A stretch of DNA of 64,000 nt, taken from a phage. The DNA is taken from sequence record PQ724393.1. One strand, written 5' to 3'. The translations under genes and the position numbers were made by a program. This document shows positions 9,110 to 17,255 of this stretch, piece by piece. Numbering within the stretch: position 1 is the stretch's first letter; each line of letters starts with the position of its first letter. The notes under the pieces are model-generated. The model was not told where the DNA came from and ran no database searches. It worked only from the letters and a program-made list of their open reading frames with translations.

Positions 9110-9389
9110 CTTCCACCTTCATTAGTTTTGCATAACGCTCTCCGATGGCACGACCCTCAATTGAGCACGCTTCTATAGTCCGACAACTTGATATCTTCCA
9201 AGAAGCCGTAACATAGGCCCAATAGTCTTCGGAGGCCTTTATGCTAGGTCTACTCATTTGCGCATAAACAGGCATCGCACTACTAGCAAATGCATCCATC
9301 AATTTATCGTGAGTATTATTTGCTAGTGAAACTGTAGGGCTTAAACATCCCGCCATAAGGATACAAGCCGCTGTACGGAAAATATCCAT
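9096..9389 (-). CDS. RI-like periplasmic protein (putative lysis-inhibition regulator)
   Basis: 97 aa with N-terminal signal-like hydrophobic segment; C-terminal region resembles T4 RI as I recall it; located next to tk as in T4. Confidence 0.4.
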   Translation of the reverse strand: MDIFRTAACILMAGCLSPTVSLANNTHDKLMDAFASSAMPVYAQMSRPSIKASEDYWAYVTASWKISSCRTIEACSIEGRAIGERYAKLMKVEDEVQ

Positions 9390-9478
9390 ACAAAAGTCCT
9401 TTGTTGTTTTATACTATTTGCCTTTCGGCCTTAACCGATAGCGATTACCAAAAGCTAAAGCTCTACGGTTAGTATTAT

Positions 9479-9486
9479 TATTTATA
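9479..9486 (-). promoter_or_regulatory. late promoter TATAAATA (minus strand)
   Basis: TATTTATA on plus strand upstream of rI-like gene. Confidence 0.35.
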
Positions 9487-9760
9487 GCTTTTTAAGCTTA
9501 CGACAATAAGAATAGAACACGTCGTTAAAATTATGCTCAACCCAATTCCTCTGTATAGGCGAGGTAATGGAAAGCATATAATGGGCTTTAATTAAATCCA
9601 TCCCATTTTTATTAGGACATTCTTTATTATTAGCATTATACGTCGCCGCTACAACCTCTATCTCTCTTTTGTAAGCCACATCATCCATGATAGGCGAAAG
9701 AACAATATAAGAAATAGCCACAGCGAACGCTAGAATTAAAATCTTTGAATTTAGGTCCAT
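9482..9760 (-). CDS. membrane-anchored small protein (92 aa)
   Basis: ORF with N-terminal TM helix. Confidence 0.45.
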   Translation of the reverse strand: MDLNSKILILAFAVAISYIVLSPIMDDVAYKREIEVVAATYNANNKECPNKNGMDLIKAHYMLSITSPIQRNWVEHNFNDVFYSYCRKLKKL

Positions 9761-9767
9761 AGTACCC

Positions 9768-10340
9768 TCAACTCGTTATTTCTATCCAGTGCTTCCTGCA
9801 CAATGACACGTAAGAATCGTTGCCACCTATAGAAACTTGGGCTCCGTCCTTAATTGCGACACCATCTTGGACCCTAGCAGTCATAGTAGCTTTACGGCCG
9901 CAATGGCACACACCTTTGTACTCAACGAGCTTATCTGCTGTAGCGAGTAATTCAGCAGAGCCAGGAAACAGTTTACCCTGAAAATCAGTTCTTAGTCCAT
10001 AACACATAACTGGAACATTATAATTGTCTACTATCTTCGCCAGTTGTTTTATCTGTGCAGGTTCTAAGAACTGTGCTTCATCCACAAATACGCAGTGGAT
10101 ATCTTTTTGAGATTCAGCCCAACGATAGAACTCGTATAGGTCCATATCCGGAGTCACTGCATTAGCCTCTTGACTAATCCCTATACGAGACGAAATGGTA
10201 TGGCTTGATTCTCTATTGTCTATCGCAGGCTTTAAAAGGAGTACGCCCATACCACGTTCTTTGTAGTTATGAGCTGCCGTTAGCAATGAAGCTGTCTTAC
10301 CTGAGTTCATTGCCGCATAGTGAAACATCAAACTTGCCAT
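9768..10340 (-). CDS. tk: thymidine kinase
   Basis: MASLMFHYAAMNSGKTASLL P-loop and near-colinear match to T4 Tk as recalled; C-terminal CHCG...CRKH zinc motif. Confidence 0.9.
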   Translation of the reverse strand: MASLMFHYAAMNSGKTASLLTAAHNYKERGMGVLLLKPAIDNRESSHTISSRIGISQEANAVTPDMDLYEFYRWAESQKDIHCVFVDEAQFLEPAQIKQLAKIVDNYNVPVMCYGLRTDFQGKLFPGSAELLATADKLVEYKGVCHCGRKATMTARVQDGVAIKDGAQVSIGGNDSYVSLCRKHWIEITS

Positions 10341-10349
10341 ATCACCTTC

Positions 10350-10535
10350 TTATTCTGTAATACTTTCCAGATAATTTTCTAAATCGTCTGAAGCCTTATT
10401 AAGGGCTTCTAGCGCTTTATAATAGTCTTCACGGGAGTAATATTCTGTATGAAGTTCTTCGTCGTATTCGCTTTTAGCATCAACAACAGTTTCAATCATA
10501 TCCAGAATTTTATTTTTCTGTTCTTTAGTAATCAT
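10350..10535 (-). CDS. hypothetical small acidic protein (61 aa)
   Basis: short ORF; tk.x position. Confidence 0.4.
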   Translation of the reverse strand: MITKEQKNKILDMIETVVDAKSEYDEELHTEYYSREDYYKALEALNKASDDLENYLESITE

Positions 10536-10543
10536 AATATACC

Positions 10544-10729
10544 CTAAAGCGTATTCACATAAGCAATTAATTCGTTTTCTTTCTCATCAAATCTATTAGC
10601 AAATTCTTCCAGACGTTCGGCATCTATCGGGCCGTATTCATCGTAAAAAGCGTTTGCTTCGGTATGTTCATCCAAAAGCTCATGAATAAGCTCAAACAAT
10701 CTACTTTTCTGACTAATACTTAAACTCAT
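10544..10729 (-). CDS. hypothetical small acidic protein (61 aa)
   Basis: short ORF; tk.x position. Confidence 0.4.
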   Translation of the reverse strand: MSLSISQKSRLFELIHELLDEHTEANAFYDEYGPIDAERLEEFANRFDEKENELIAYVNTL

Positions 10730-10953
10730 TTAGGTTCACCATATCGCACAAATTTAGGATGTTCGCAATAACCGGAATGAAAACCTTCACCCTTATGATT
10801 AGAACATCCTTTATTAGAACAGTACCACCAGTAATCATATTCGCAATTCATTTCATCATTGCATAAAGCTGCGATTACCGGCCATTCACATTTTTCACAT
10901 TTAGCCGTTTTAAGAATTCTAGCTTGGCTCATAACCATTGCACCTTTAAGCAA
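10726..10953 (-). CDS. Cys-rich small protein (75 aa), probable zinc ribbon
   Basis: CEKCEW...CNDEMNC...CSNKGC pattern. Confidence 0.45.
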   Translation of the reverse strand: MLKGAMVMSQARILKTAKCEKCEWPVIAALCNDEMNCEYDYWWYCSNKGCSNHKGEGFHSGYCEHPKFVRYGEPK

Positions 10954-11141
10954 TATTCTTCTACATGCTGTTTACGTTTATTTTTATCTATAAAAGTATA
11001 TTCAACATATTCACCGATATACCATTTATCAGTGTTGTGTTGACTTTTTATAGGGCATTTAGTTACTCGGGTTTCGGTCCAGCGCCGAATAATTTCAGCT
11101 TTATTTTTAGGGTCAAACGGATGCGGGTAATGTGCTTTCAT
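10929..11141 (-). CDS. hypothetical small protein (70 aa)
   Basis: short ORF in array. Confidence 0.4.
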   Translation of the reverse strand: MKAHYPHPFDPKNKAEIIRRWTETRVTKCPIKSQHNTDKWYIGEYVEYTFIDKNKRKQHVEEYCLKVQWL

Positions 11142-11592
11142 AATCCACCACTATTAAATCAATATCAGGGGTAAACATGTCGATTAATTTAGAAACCTTT
11201 TCCCAATCACCGCCAGCAATACCACAACCGATGCGAGGAATATAAATTCTTGGTTTAAACAAAAGGGTTTCTGCTTGTAGATTTAATTCTATCATACAGT
11301 TTACTAAAGCACCGTAATCAAGATTAGGGCCGGGTTCGTATTGGGTGTATAAATTATAGCACATTGCAAATCCATTAGGCTTATGTTTAAAAACAATAGA
11401 CATATCGCCTAATTTATCACGAGAACCGTATTCAGTAGTGGTCTTATCAATTTCTAAGATTTTAGGATAGGCTCTTGCTAATTGACCGGCCACGCCTGAA
11501 CCCATAGTATGAAAACAGTTGCACCCATGTGCAATAATATTACCTTGGAGAAACAGGGCGACGATATCGCCCTTAATATAATCAATAATCAT
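11113..11592 (-). CDS. macro-domain-like protein (putative ADP-ribose binding or hydrolase)
   Basis: GDIVALFLQGNIIAHGCNCFHTMGSGVAGQL parallels macro-domain GDIT...NAAN...GGGV(A/D)GAI pattern; later IPRIGCGIAGG parallels the distal macro motif; judged by eye only. Confidence 0.45.
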   Translation of the reverse strand: MIIDYIKGDIVALFLQGNIIAHGCNCFHTMGSGVAGQLARAYPKILEIDKTTTEYGSRDKLGDMSIVFKHKPNGFAMCYNLYTQYEPGPNLDYGALVNCMIELNLQAETLLFKPRIYIPRIGCGIAGGDWEKVSKLIDMFTPDIDLIVVDYESTLPASV

Positions 11593-11945
11593 TTAGAGTT
11601 TAATCCTCGGTTGTAGGAGTCAACGAGTCTGTCTACCATAGACGCGCACATTTCTTTGTACTTTTTATCAGACGGAACACATTCAGTAACGTTTAGACGT
11701 TGCTCGTATCTTTTAGAAAGAGTTTTCTCTTTCATTCGGCGATGCTCGACGTCGTTCTGTCCATCTTTAAAAGCAGCTGTTATTTTTGAACTGAATTCAA
11801 TAACGCATTCAGTATTACTCGGATGACAATAATCTTTTGCTGTACGGGTGGCATACTCAACAATTGAATTATTTGTATCATCAACTTGTGACGCTAATAC
11901 TCCCGGAGCAATCAACATAAGCGCTATAGTCATCTGCTTAATCAT
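11589..11945 (-). CDS. secreted or periplasmic small protein (118 aa)
   Basis: N-terminal signal-peptide-like segment MIKQMTIALMLIAPGVLAS. Confidence 0.5.
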   Translation of the reverse strand: MIKQMTIALMLIAPGVLASQVDDTNNSIVEYATRTAKDYCHPSNTECVIEFSSKITAAFKDGQNDVEHRRMKEKTLSKRYEQRLNVTECVPSDKKYKEMCASMVDRLVDSYNRGLNSK

Positions 11946-12485
11946 TTAATACACCGCCTCAAACATCTTTTTAGATTTTAGATAATTGGCCTTTTCTAGA
12001 ACTTCAGAAGCATATTTACTGCCTGCTTTGACGTCCCAGCCCGCATTATAAGAAGCAATCGCTTTTCTCAGGTCACCTTTGTGAACATCAATCCAATAAG
12101 ACAGTTCAATGTAGGCCCAAGAGGCACTGTTCTGTCGTTTTTGGACCATACGAATTATTTCTTTGTCTGACATCTTCCAACCTACCTGTTGAACACGACT
12201 TCTTAACGTAGGCAAGTAATTTTGGAACATGCCATAAGCATGGTGCTTATCTTTATTTAAACCCTGATTAATTCCGGCGGATGATTCCTGCCATAGTAAT
12301 CCGGCCATGATATATCCTAATCCTTTTTGATTAGGGTTTTCTTTGAACTTTCCCGACTTTTGGTATTGTTCACCGAAAGCATACGCATAATGCAAATTGT
12401 CGAGTTGCTCACTGTTGAAAGTAGGCTCTACGCTATAGGCAGACATACTAACTGTCAATAGTAAAGTGGCTAATACTTTTTTCAT
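11946..12485 (-). CDS. secreted protein (179 aa), possible lytic-transglycosylase-like fold
   Basis: signal peptide MKKVLATLLLTVSMSAYS; weak resemblance to SLT motifs around LLWQESSAG. Confidence 0.4.
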   Translation of the reverse strand: MKKVLATLLLTVSMSAYSVEPTFNSEQLDNLHYAYAFGEQYQKSGKFKENPNQKGLGYIMAGLLWQESSAGINQGLNKDKHHAYGMFQNYLPTLRSRVQQVGWKMSDKEIIRMVQKRQNSASWAYIELSYWIDVHKGDLRKAIASYNAGWDVKAGSKYASEVLEKANYLKSKKMFEAVY

Positions 12486-12497
12486 GAGACCTCATTA

Positions 12498-12956
12498 TTA
12501 AAGATAGATTACTTTCGTGCTGGTTTTACCTTCTAAACGTTTAGAGTTAACAAATGCCATACGACATTTTAATGAATATCCTTTATCAGGATGTTTACGA
12601 TCTACGGTCATACCCAACCATAAGGTTTTATCAGTAATCTCGAGACGCAGCGGACGATACACTTTACCTGGGACAATTTCAGATTCTATGTCAGGAAGAG
12701 GCTCCTGGATTAAAAATTCATGGATTTCTTTAACATGGTTATGGAGTTGCTTGAATAAAGCAAAAACGTATTTTTCGTCAATTTCACGTTGGATAGCACG
12801 GTCCAACAAGTGATTAGAGTACTTAATAAAGAAAGCTGGGACCCCGCTCTTGATGGCGGCTTTTTTGATGGACGCGTTAAGTTCACGAAATTCGGTTTCG
12901 AACTGACGACGTAATTTGTTGCGGCGGATGAATACTTCTGAATTAATTTCTGACAT
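12498..12956 (-). CDS. regB: RegB sequence-specific endoribonuclease
   Basis: MSEINSEVFIRRNKLRR...LDRAIQREIDE closely matches T4 RegB as recalled; start set at ATG 12956 with GGAG RBS. Confidence 0.85.
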   Translation of the reverse strand: MSEINSEVFIRRNKLRRQFETEFRELNASIKKAAIKSGVPAFFIKYSNHLLDRAIQREIDEKYVFALFKQLHNHVKEIHEFLIQEPLPDIESEIVPGKVYRPLRLEITDKTLWLGMTVDRKHPDKGYSLKCRMAFVNSKRLEGKTSTKVIYL

Positions 12957-12967
12957 TTTGTAATCTC

Positions 12968-13013
12968 CTGTAGTTGATAGGTCTATAGTATCATGTCTAC
13001 AGGAGATGTAAAC
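12968..13013 (-). promoter_or_regulatory. repeated promoter-hairpin element with 11-bp stem masking the regB SD
   Basis: minus strand GTTTAC-ATCTCCTGTAG-loop with TACTAT-CTACAGGAGAT then 7 nt then ATG; identical copy upstream of denV. Confidence 0.55.
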
Positions 13014-13018
13014 TGCTT

Positions 13019-13297
13019 TTAGTATTTTTCCTCGGGTTGGAAAACAGAACGACAGGCCCACATGGATGCTTCTTTCAAGCGTTCGATTGCCGTACGAATC
13101 TGGGTAATGCGTTCATGAGCCTGGTCTAGTTCTTGTTCAGAAACCTCTTCGGCATCTAAGTTCATATAATAGGTAACATGTTCTTCTTCTAATGCTTTAA
13201 AGATTAAGCCTAATCGAACTTCAGCATCTTTAATGGCATTCACTTTACTGATTTTATCGTCGGTATGTGACTTGTAACCTTTGATATCTTCAATCAT
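13019..13297 (-). CDS. hypothetical small protein (92 aa), vs.x position
   Basis: short ORF. Confidence 0.45.
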   Translation of the reverse strand: MIEDIKGYKSHTDDKISKVNAIKDAEVRLGLIFKALEEEHVTYYMNLDAEEVSEQELDQAHERITQIRTAIERLKEASMWACRSVFQPEEKY

Positions 13298-13512
13298 TTC
13301 ACTTCCTCATCAGATGCAATATCATATTCTACAAAACGAAGGCCATCGTATCCACCACTAACAGAGATATACGTAGTCGGGTAAACAATTTCTTTACCAT
13401 TCCATTGACCGCCGTCCCAACATTCCATAAAGCCTTGTTCGCCCTGTTCGTGGAACCAGTCAACAAACATCTTCAGAGCTTCATCAGAGCCTTCAATTGT
13501 CAATTTAGACAT
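13294..13512 (-). CDS. hypothetical small protein (72 aa), vs.x position
   Basis: short ORF. Confidence 0.45.
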   Translation of the reverse strand: MSKLTIEGSDEALKMFVDWFHEQGEQGFMECWDGGQWNGKEIVYPTTYISVSGGYDGLRFVEYDIASDEEVK

Positions 13513-13801
13513 ATTTTTTCCAGTCAGAAATCATATGAATCTCTTGGTCATACGTCAAGAGACTGCGAGTAATAATACCCTTGCACGGCCCAGAGATGAA
13601 CTCGAGAGTGAAGTAAGGAACCTGTTTCATTAATCGGATGCTTGGGGCATGGCATCTAAAACGAGAGCCCTTAAAGGGCCCTGACATGAATACATATTCT
13701 AATGGATAGAAATAAGCATATTCGAAATTTGCAGTAAGGTCCTCTCTTCGAACCTTACGTGAGAAATAACAGAACTCAAAAAGTTCTTCATCAGTCATCA
13801 T
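13505..13801 (-). CDS. hypothetical small protein (98 aa), vs.x position
   Basis: short ORF. Confidence 0.45.
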   Translation of the reverse strand: MMTDEELFEFCYFSRKVRREDLTANFEYAYFYPLEYVFMSGPFKGSRFRCHAPSIRLMKQVPYFTLEFISGPCKGIITRSLLTYDQEIHMISDWKKYV

Positions 13802-14325
13802 TGCATTCCTATCACAAAGAACAGCGGCAGAGGTTTAGAACCCTGGCACATAAATTTGTTAATCATTACCTGGTAAGCTTCATAGAACTTATCCATCGAT
13901 GGAAGGCGCATTGGCTCTTCGATAATAATCAATAATCGAGTAACTGATAGACCACGATACTTATGGAAGTTATCTTCGTCTAAAAATGATCGCACGGTAT
14001 CATATACAATAAACCCAGGACCTTCTACTTGAAGATGTGGATGAGCCTTAGAAACCCTTTTTATTACATTACAGATTTCGCGTGACCGGTGCGAAGAACT
14101 CGACATAACAATCACATCATTACCCTTGGAAACCCAATCAGCTGCGAACTGGGCAAGGGCACTTGTTTTACCTGTTTGGCGTCCGCCGTCAAGTCGAAGA
14201 GTACCAAACTCTTGCATTCTTGAAGTAGGTTCGTACCAGGTGTATTGGTTTGAGTCTAATCGTTCAATGGCGCGTTCAGCGAAGGCGTGCATTAAGGTTA
14301 GATAAATGGGAGTTAAAAATTTCAT
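13798..14325 (-). CDS. small P-loop protein (175 aa; Walker A GGRQTGKTSA, Walker B-like LLIIIEE)
   Basis: motifs read from translation. Confidence 0.5.
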   Translation of the reverse strand: MKFLTPIYLTLMHAFAERAIERLDSNQYTWYEPTSRMQEFGTLRLDGGRQTGKTSALAQFAADWVSKGNDVIVMSSSSHRSREICNVIKRVSKAHPHLQVEGPGFIVYDTVRSFLDEDNFHKYRGLSVTRLLIIIEEPMRLPSMDKFYEAYQVMINKFMCQGSKPLPLFFVIGMQ

Positions 14326-14474
14326 AGTGGTCTCTTAGTTGTGGGGCCATTCCTTGGCACATAATTCATCCCTTTCTGCATTTACCCATTACCGCACTTG
14401 GGCTCGACCTTATTACAGGTTGGTGGGAGTCCCTCACGGAATTGTGAGGTCCAGGTTGCTCCCATTTTTAAAGA

Positions 14475-14834
14475 TTAAAGATGGTCGAGTGCCGGATTAT
14501 GAGGCTTTTCTGCTTTAGCAGTATTTTTGTGCCAATCCGATTTAGAAACACGAATTGCATCCGCACCGTAAGAGCTCTTAAGGAGGCCCTTTTTATTGTA
14601 AACACTTATAGAAGTAAGGGTGTCACCATTCCAAGTAGCATGGACGAAGTTGGATTTAGATTTAAGTTCTTTAGCCAGGCTCTGGTTGGTAGCCATAGAA
14701 GCAAAGTCTTTACCTGTAACTTTAAAAACTTCAGATGGGTTCAGCCCTTCTTTAGCCTTAGCCAATTGTTCAGGAGACATAGCTTCGTTAATGCGCTGAG
14801 TAGATTCAGTAATAAATTGTTGGTAAGTTTTCAT
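14475..14834 (-). CDS. internal-protein-like protein with capsid targeting sequence (MKTYQQFITE)
   Basis: N-terminal decapeptide matches T4 IP capsid-targeting sequence with E at the gp21 cleavage position. Confidence 0.6.
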   Translation of the reverse strand: MKTYQQFITESTQRINEAMSPEQLAKAKEGLNPSEVFKVTGKDFASMATNQSLAKELKSKSNFVHATWNGDTLTSISVYNKKGLLKSSYGADAIRVSKSDWHKNTAKAEKPHNPALDHL

Positions 14835-14858
14835 ATTATTCCTTAAGTTGATAGAAGT

Positions 14859-14888
14859 ATTCTACCACGGATTTAATTAAGCGTAAAT
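14859..14888 (-). promoter_or_regulatory. degenerate copy of repeated promoter element (ATTTAC-N18-TAGAAT)
   Basis: AGTTGATAGAAGTATTCTA resembles the repeat core; upstream of IP-like gene. Confidence 0.35.
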
Positions 14889-15293
14889 AGCCTTGCCATA
14901 GTGTTTGTACCAGGTAGGACGTTGTGCAATTTTTTCATCCAAACGGGTTTGTGAAATAGCGATAGAAGCTTCGTGAGGAGCATAATCACCACGGAATTCC
15001 TGAGGAATATCACTAATGTCCTGGACCGTAGTATCTTTGATATTAAAGCCACGTTTTAAACATTCGGCTATAAGCTCGATTTGACGCTTACGTAAAAATT
15101 CAAGCTTATCGTAAAAGAATGTAACATGGCCTGCGCCAAGGATAAAAGTAGGACTGATTTTGAAATCACGGACACGTTTACCATTAGCAACATGCTTACG
15201 AACTGCACCGAAAACACGTGGTAATTCACGATATTCAGCCATTAAGTGTTGGTCAGCCAATTCAGATACTAAGGTAAGGTTGATACGAGTCAT
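14877..15293 (-). CDS. denV: endonuclease V (pyrimidine dimer DNA glycosylase)
   Basis: 138 aa, [31 protein letters not shown]... essentially identical to T4 DenV as recalled. Confidence 0.95.
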   Translation of the reverse strand: MTRINLTLVSELADQHLMAEYRELPRVFGAVRKHVANGKRVRDFKISPTFILGAGHVTFFYDKLEFLRKRQIELIAECLKRGFNIKDTTVQDISDIPQEFRGDYAPHEASIAISQTRLDEKIAQRPTWYKHYGKAIYA

Positions 15294-15303
15294 TTTTAAT
15301 CTC

Positions 15304-15349
15304 CTGTAGTTGATAGGTCTATAGTATCATGTCTACAGGAGATGTAAAC
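15304..15349 (-). promoter_or_regulatory. repeated promoter-hairpin element with 11-bp stem masking the denV SD
   Basis: 46-bp identical to the regB copy; ATCTCCTGTAG / CTACAGGAGAT stem, GGAG in 3' arm. Confidence 0.55.
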
Positions 15350-15373
15350 AACTTTTATCAAGTATCGGCTTTA

Positions 15374-15970
15374 TTAATTACCACGGGCTGCATTAGCAAC
15401 GGCGTAAGCGTACTGAACATTAGCGTCTTTAAACGTACCTTTAGAGGTATCTATTTCTGCCTTAAAGCCACCTTTAGCCATAACATCAGCAAATTCTTTA
15501 CGGAAAGCCATTGCATCAAGACCTTTCCATGATGATTTGTGCTTGGCAAATTCAAGACCGGCGAAGTTGACAGCCTTAGCCAATTTATTATCAATAGTCC
15601 ATTTACCTGCTTTAGGTACAACTACCGGGCCTTTTTGTTTAGAGAACAGTTTTAAATTCCAGCGACGAAGGTCGCCGTCAGCTTTAACAAAAGCTGCGTC
15701 CAAGTTACTAGCAACAACATCCTGAATATGGCCAAATTTAAGCCCATCAGCTTCAATATTTAGGTCGTTACGCCAGCGAAGTCCTTCCCAGGCGAAAGCT
15801 TTAAAGTCAGAAGCTTTTGTAGCTAAATACCGTTCAATAGGAGCTGTTTTAGCGTCAAAACCATTTCCTGGGTTGTCAACGCCATTTCCTCGGTAGGTCC
15901 ACTCATCTTTATTAATGCCTTGGACCTTTCCTACAGAAGCTTCGGCGATAAATTCTTTATACGTTTTCAT
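15374..15970 (-). CDS. ipIII: internal protein III-like protein with capsid targeting sequence (MKTYKEFIAE)
   Basis: CTS decapeptide; 198 aa, basic; adjacent to e as ipIII is in T4. Confidence 0.65.
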   Translation of the reverse strand: MKTYKEFIAEASVGKVQGINKDEWTYRGNGVDNPGNGFDAKTAPIERYLATKASDFKAFAWEGLRWRNDLNIEADGLKFGHIQDVVASNLDAAFVKADGDLRRWNLKLFSKQKGPVVVPKAGKWTIDNKLAKAVNFAGLEFAKHKSSWKGLDAMAFRKEFADVMAKGGFKAEIDTSKGTFKDANVQYAYAVANAARGN

Positions 15971-16013
15971 ACGGGTTCCTTAAAGGTAAATATTTTAATT
16001 AGTCTGTTCAATT

Positions 16014-16042
16014 AACTGTAGATATACTATCACAATTCTAGG
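16014..16042 (-). promoter_or_regulatory. sigma70-like promoter (GTTTAC-N17-TAGTAT)
   Basis: upstream of ipIII-like gene. Confidence 0.45.
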
Positions 16043-16057
16043 AGATGTAAACTGCTT

Positions 16058-16546
16058 TTATCTATAAGCGGCCCAAGTACCTGTTTTAAATGTTGAAATC
16101 ACGCGCTTAGCACGGTTAGGGGTTTGCTTGTACCAACGAGATTGAGCCAGGTTAACTGCCGCATCGTTCCAACGTTTCTGTTGGAGCATACGTAAAGAGT
16201 TAGTGAACCCTGCTACACCTGCTTCACCCATTTGGAAGACCATGTTAATTAAAGCACAACGACGAACTTCATCGAGCACATCATAAACAGGTTTCAATTT
16301 AGGATTACGCAGAATAGCTCTACGAGCATTATCAACCGACCGGTTAAAGAGTTGTTCTGCTTCAGCCATAGTAATACGACCATTACAAACTCGACCCATA
16401 AGCTTATCAAGTTCAGCGCGGGCAACATCTTTAGATGGGTTCTTGGTAACTAACTGGCCAATACCAATAGTCCAATAACCTTCAGTGTCTTTATAAAGAT
16501 TTAAATCAAGACCTTCGTCTTGACGTAACATATCAAAAATATCCAT
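16058..16546 (-). CDS. e: lysozyme (endolysin, T4 e)
   Basis: 162 aa; [13 protein letters not shown]...[13 protein letters not shown]... matches T4 lysozyme with catalytic Glu11/Asp20 context. Confidence 0.92.
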   Translation of the reverse strand: MDIFDMLRQDEGLDLNLYKDTEGYWTIGIGQLVTKNPSKDVARAELDKLMGRVCNGRITMAEAEQLFNRSVDNARRAILRNPKLKPVYDVLDEVRRCALINMVFQMGEAGVAGFTNSLRMLQQKRWNDAAVNLAQSRWYKQTPNRAKRVISTFKTGTWAAYR

Positions 16547-16548
16547 AA

Positions 16549-16575
16549 TACCTCCTGAGTATAGGAGGTATTTAT
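16549..16575 (-). promoter_or_regulatory. late promoter TATAAATA plus SD-masking hairpin for gene e
   Basis: minus strand TATAAATA followed by CCUCCU-AUACUC-AGGAGG hairpin and then ATG; same arrangement as described for T4 e. Confidence 0.65.
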
Positions 16576-16576
16576 A

Positions 16577-17026
16577 TCAAAAGAGCGAATCTAAAACCTT
16601 AAACATCGACGGGCCCATGACATATTTCCATTGTGGACGTTTAATCAAGGCAAAAGCATCGAATTCAGGAATCGTACGACCATCAGGGAACGTATGGTAA
16701 GCTGTACATTTGCAATTCTTGAACTGCTCGTGTTCCACAGGCACTGTATATAAGAACAGATGTAGATTCTTATTGCTTGAATATTTGAACTCACCTAGGT
16801 CTTTCAGGAATGCAGGATCGTATGCCGTGAATCCAATCTCTTCTTCGGTTTCACGCATTGCGGCTTGAATAGGCTCTTCGCCTGGTTCTACATGACCTTT
16901 AGGAATGTCCCATTTATGACGCATGTTCTCTGGATTACGAGAGCCTGTTACACGACCCATAACTAGTTCTTTATCAACGGTCATGAACAAAATACCGGCA
17001 GATAGTTCTTTAACTTTCTTACTCAT
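16577..17026 (-). CDS. nudE: Nudix hydrolase
   Basis: Nudix box GHVEPGEEPIQAAMRETEEEIG; start set to internal ATG (MSKKVKEL) giving 150 aa. Confidence 0.8.
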   Translation of the reverse strand: MSKKVKELSAGILFMTVDKELVMGRVTGSRNPENMRHKWDIPKGHVEPGEEPIQAAMRETEEEIGFTAYDPAFLKDLGEFKYSSNKNLHLFLYTVPVEHEQFKNCKCTAYHTFPDGRTIPEFDAFALIKRPQWKYVMGPSMFKVLDSLF

Positions 17027-17255
17027 CGTCTCGTTCCCACGATTGTTTAAAGATATCTTGCATAATAATTTGAAGTCTATTTTCTGATGATGGACTTTCA
17101 CTATCAGACACTTGAAGCATATAGTCACCAATAGGACAGAACATATCCATATCGCTTTCTAAGTCTTCTTTGATTTTCTCTTCTGACGTTCCGGTATCAT
17201 AGGAATACAGATAAGAATCACATGACTCAGATTTAATATAAATTGCAATACTCAT
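17019..17255 (-). CDS. hypothetical small acidic protein (78 aa)
   Basis: ORF with ATGA overlap to upstream gene. Confidence 0.4.
   Translation of the reverse strand: MSIAIYIKSESCDSYLYSYDTGTSEEKIKEDLESDMDMFCPIGDYMLQVSDSESPSSENRLQIIMQDIFKQSWERDDE

Noticed and set aside
12985-12995. The repeat core contains ACTATAG, resembling the T7-type single-subunit RNA polymerase promoter core
   Set aside because: Only 7 nt match. T4-like phages use host RNA polymerase, and no single-subunit RNAP gene is present in the window. Treated as coincidence.
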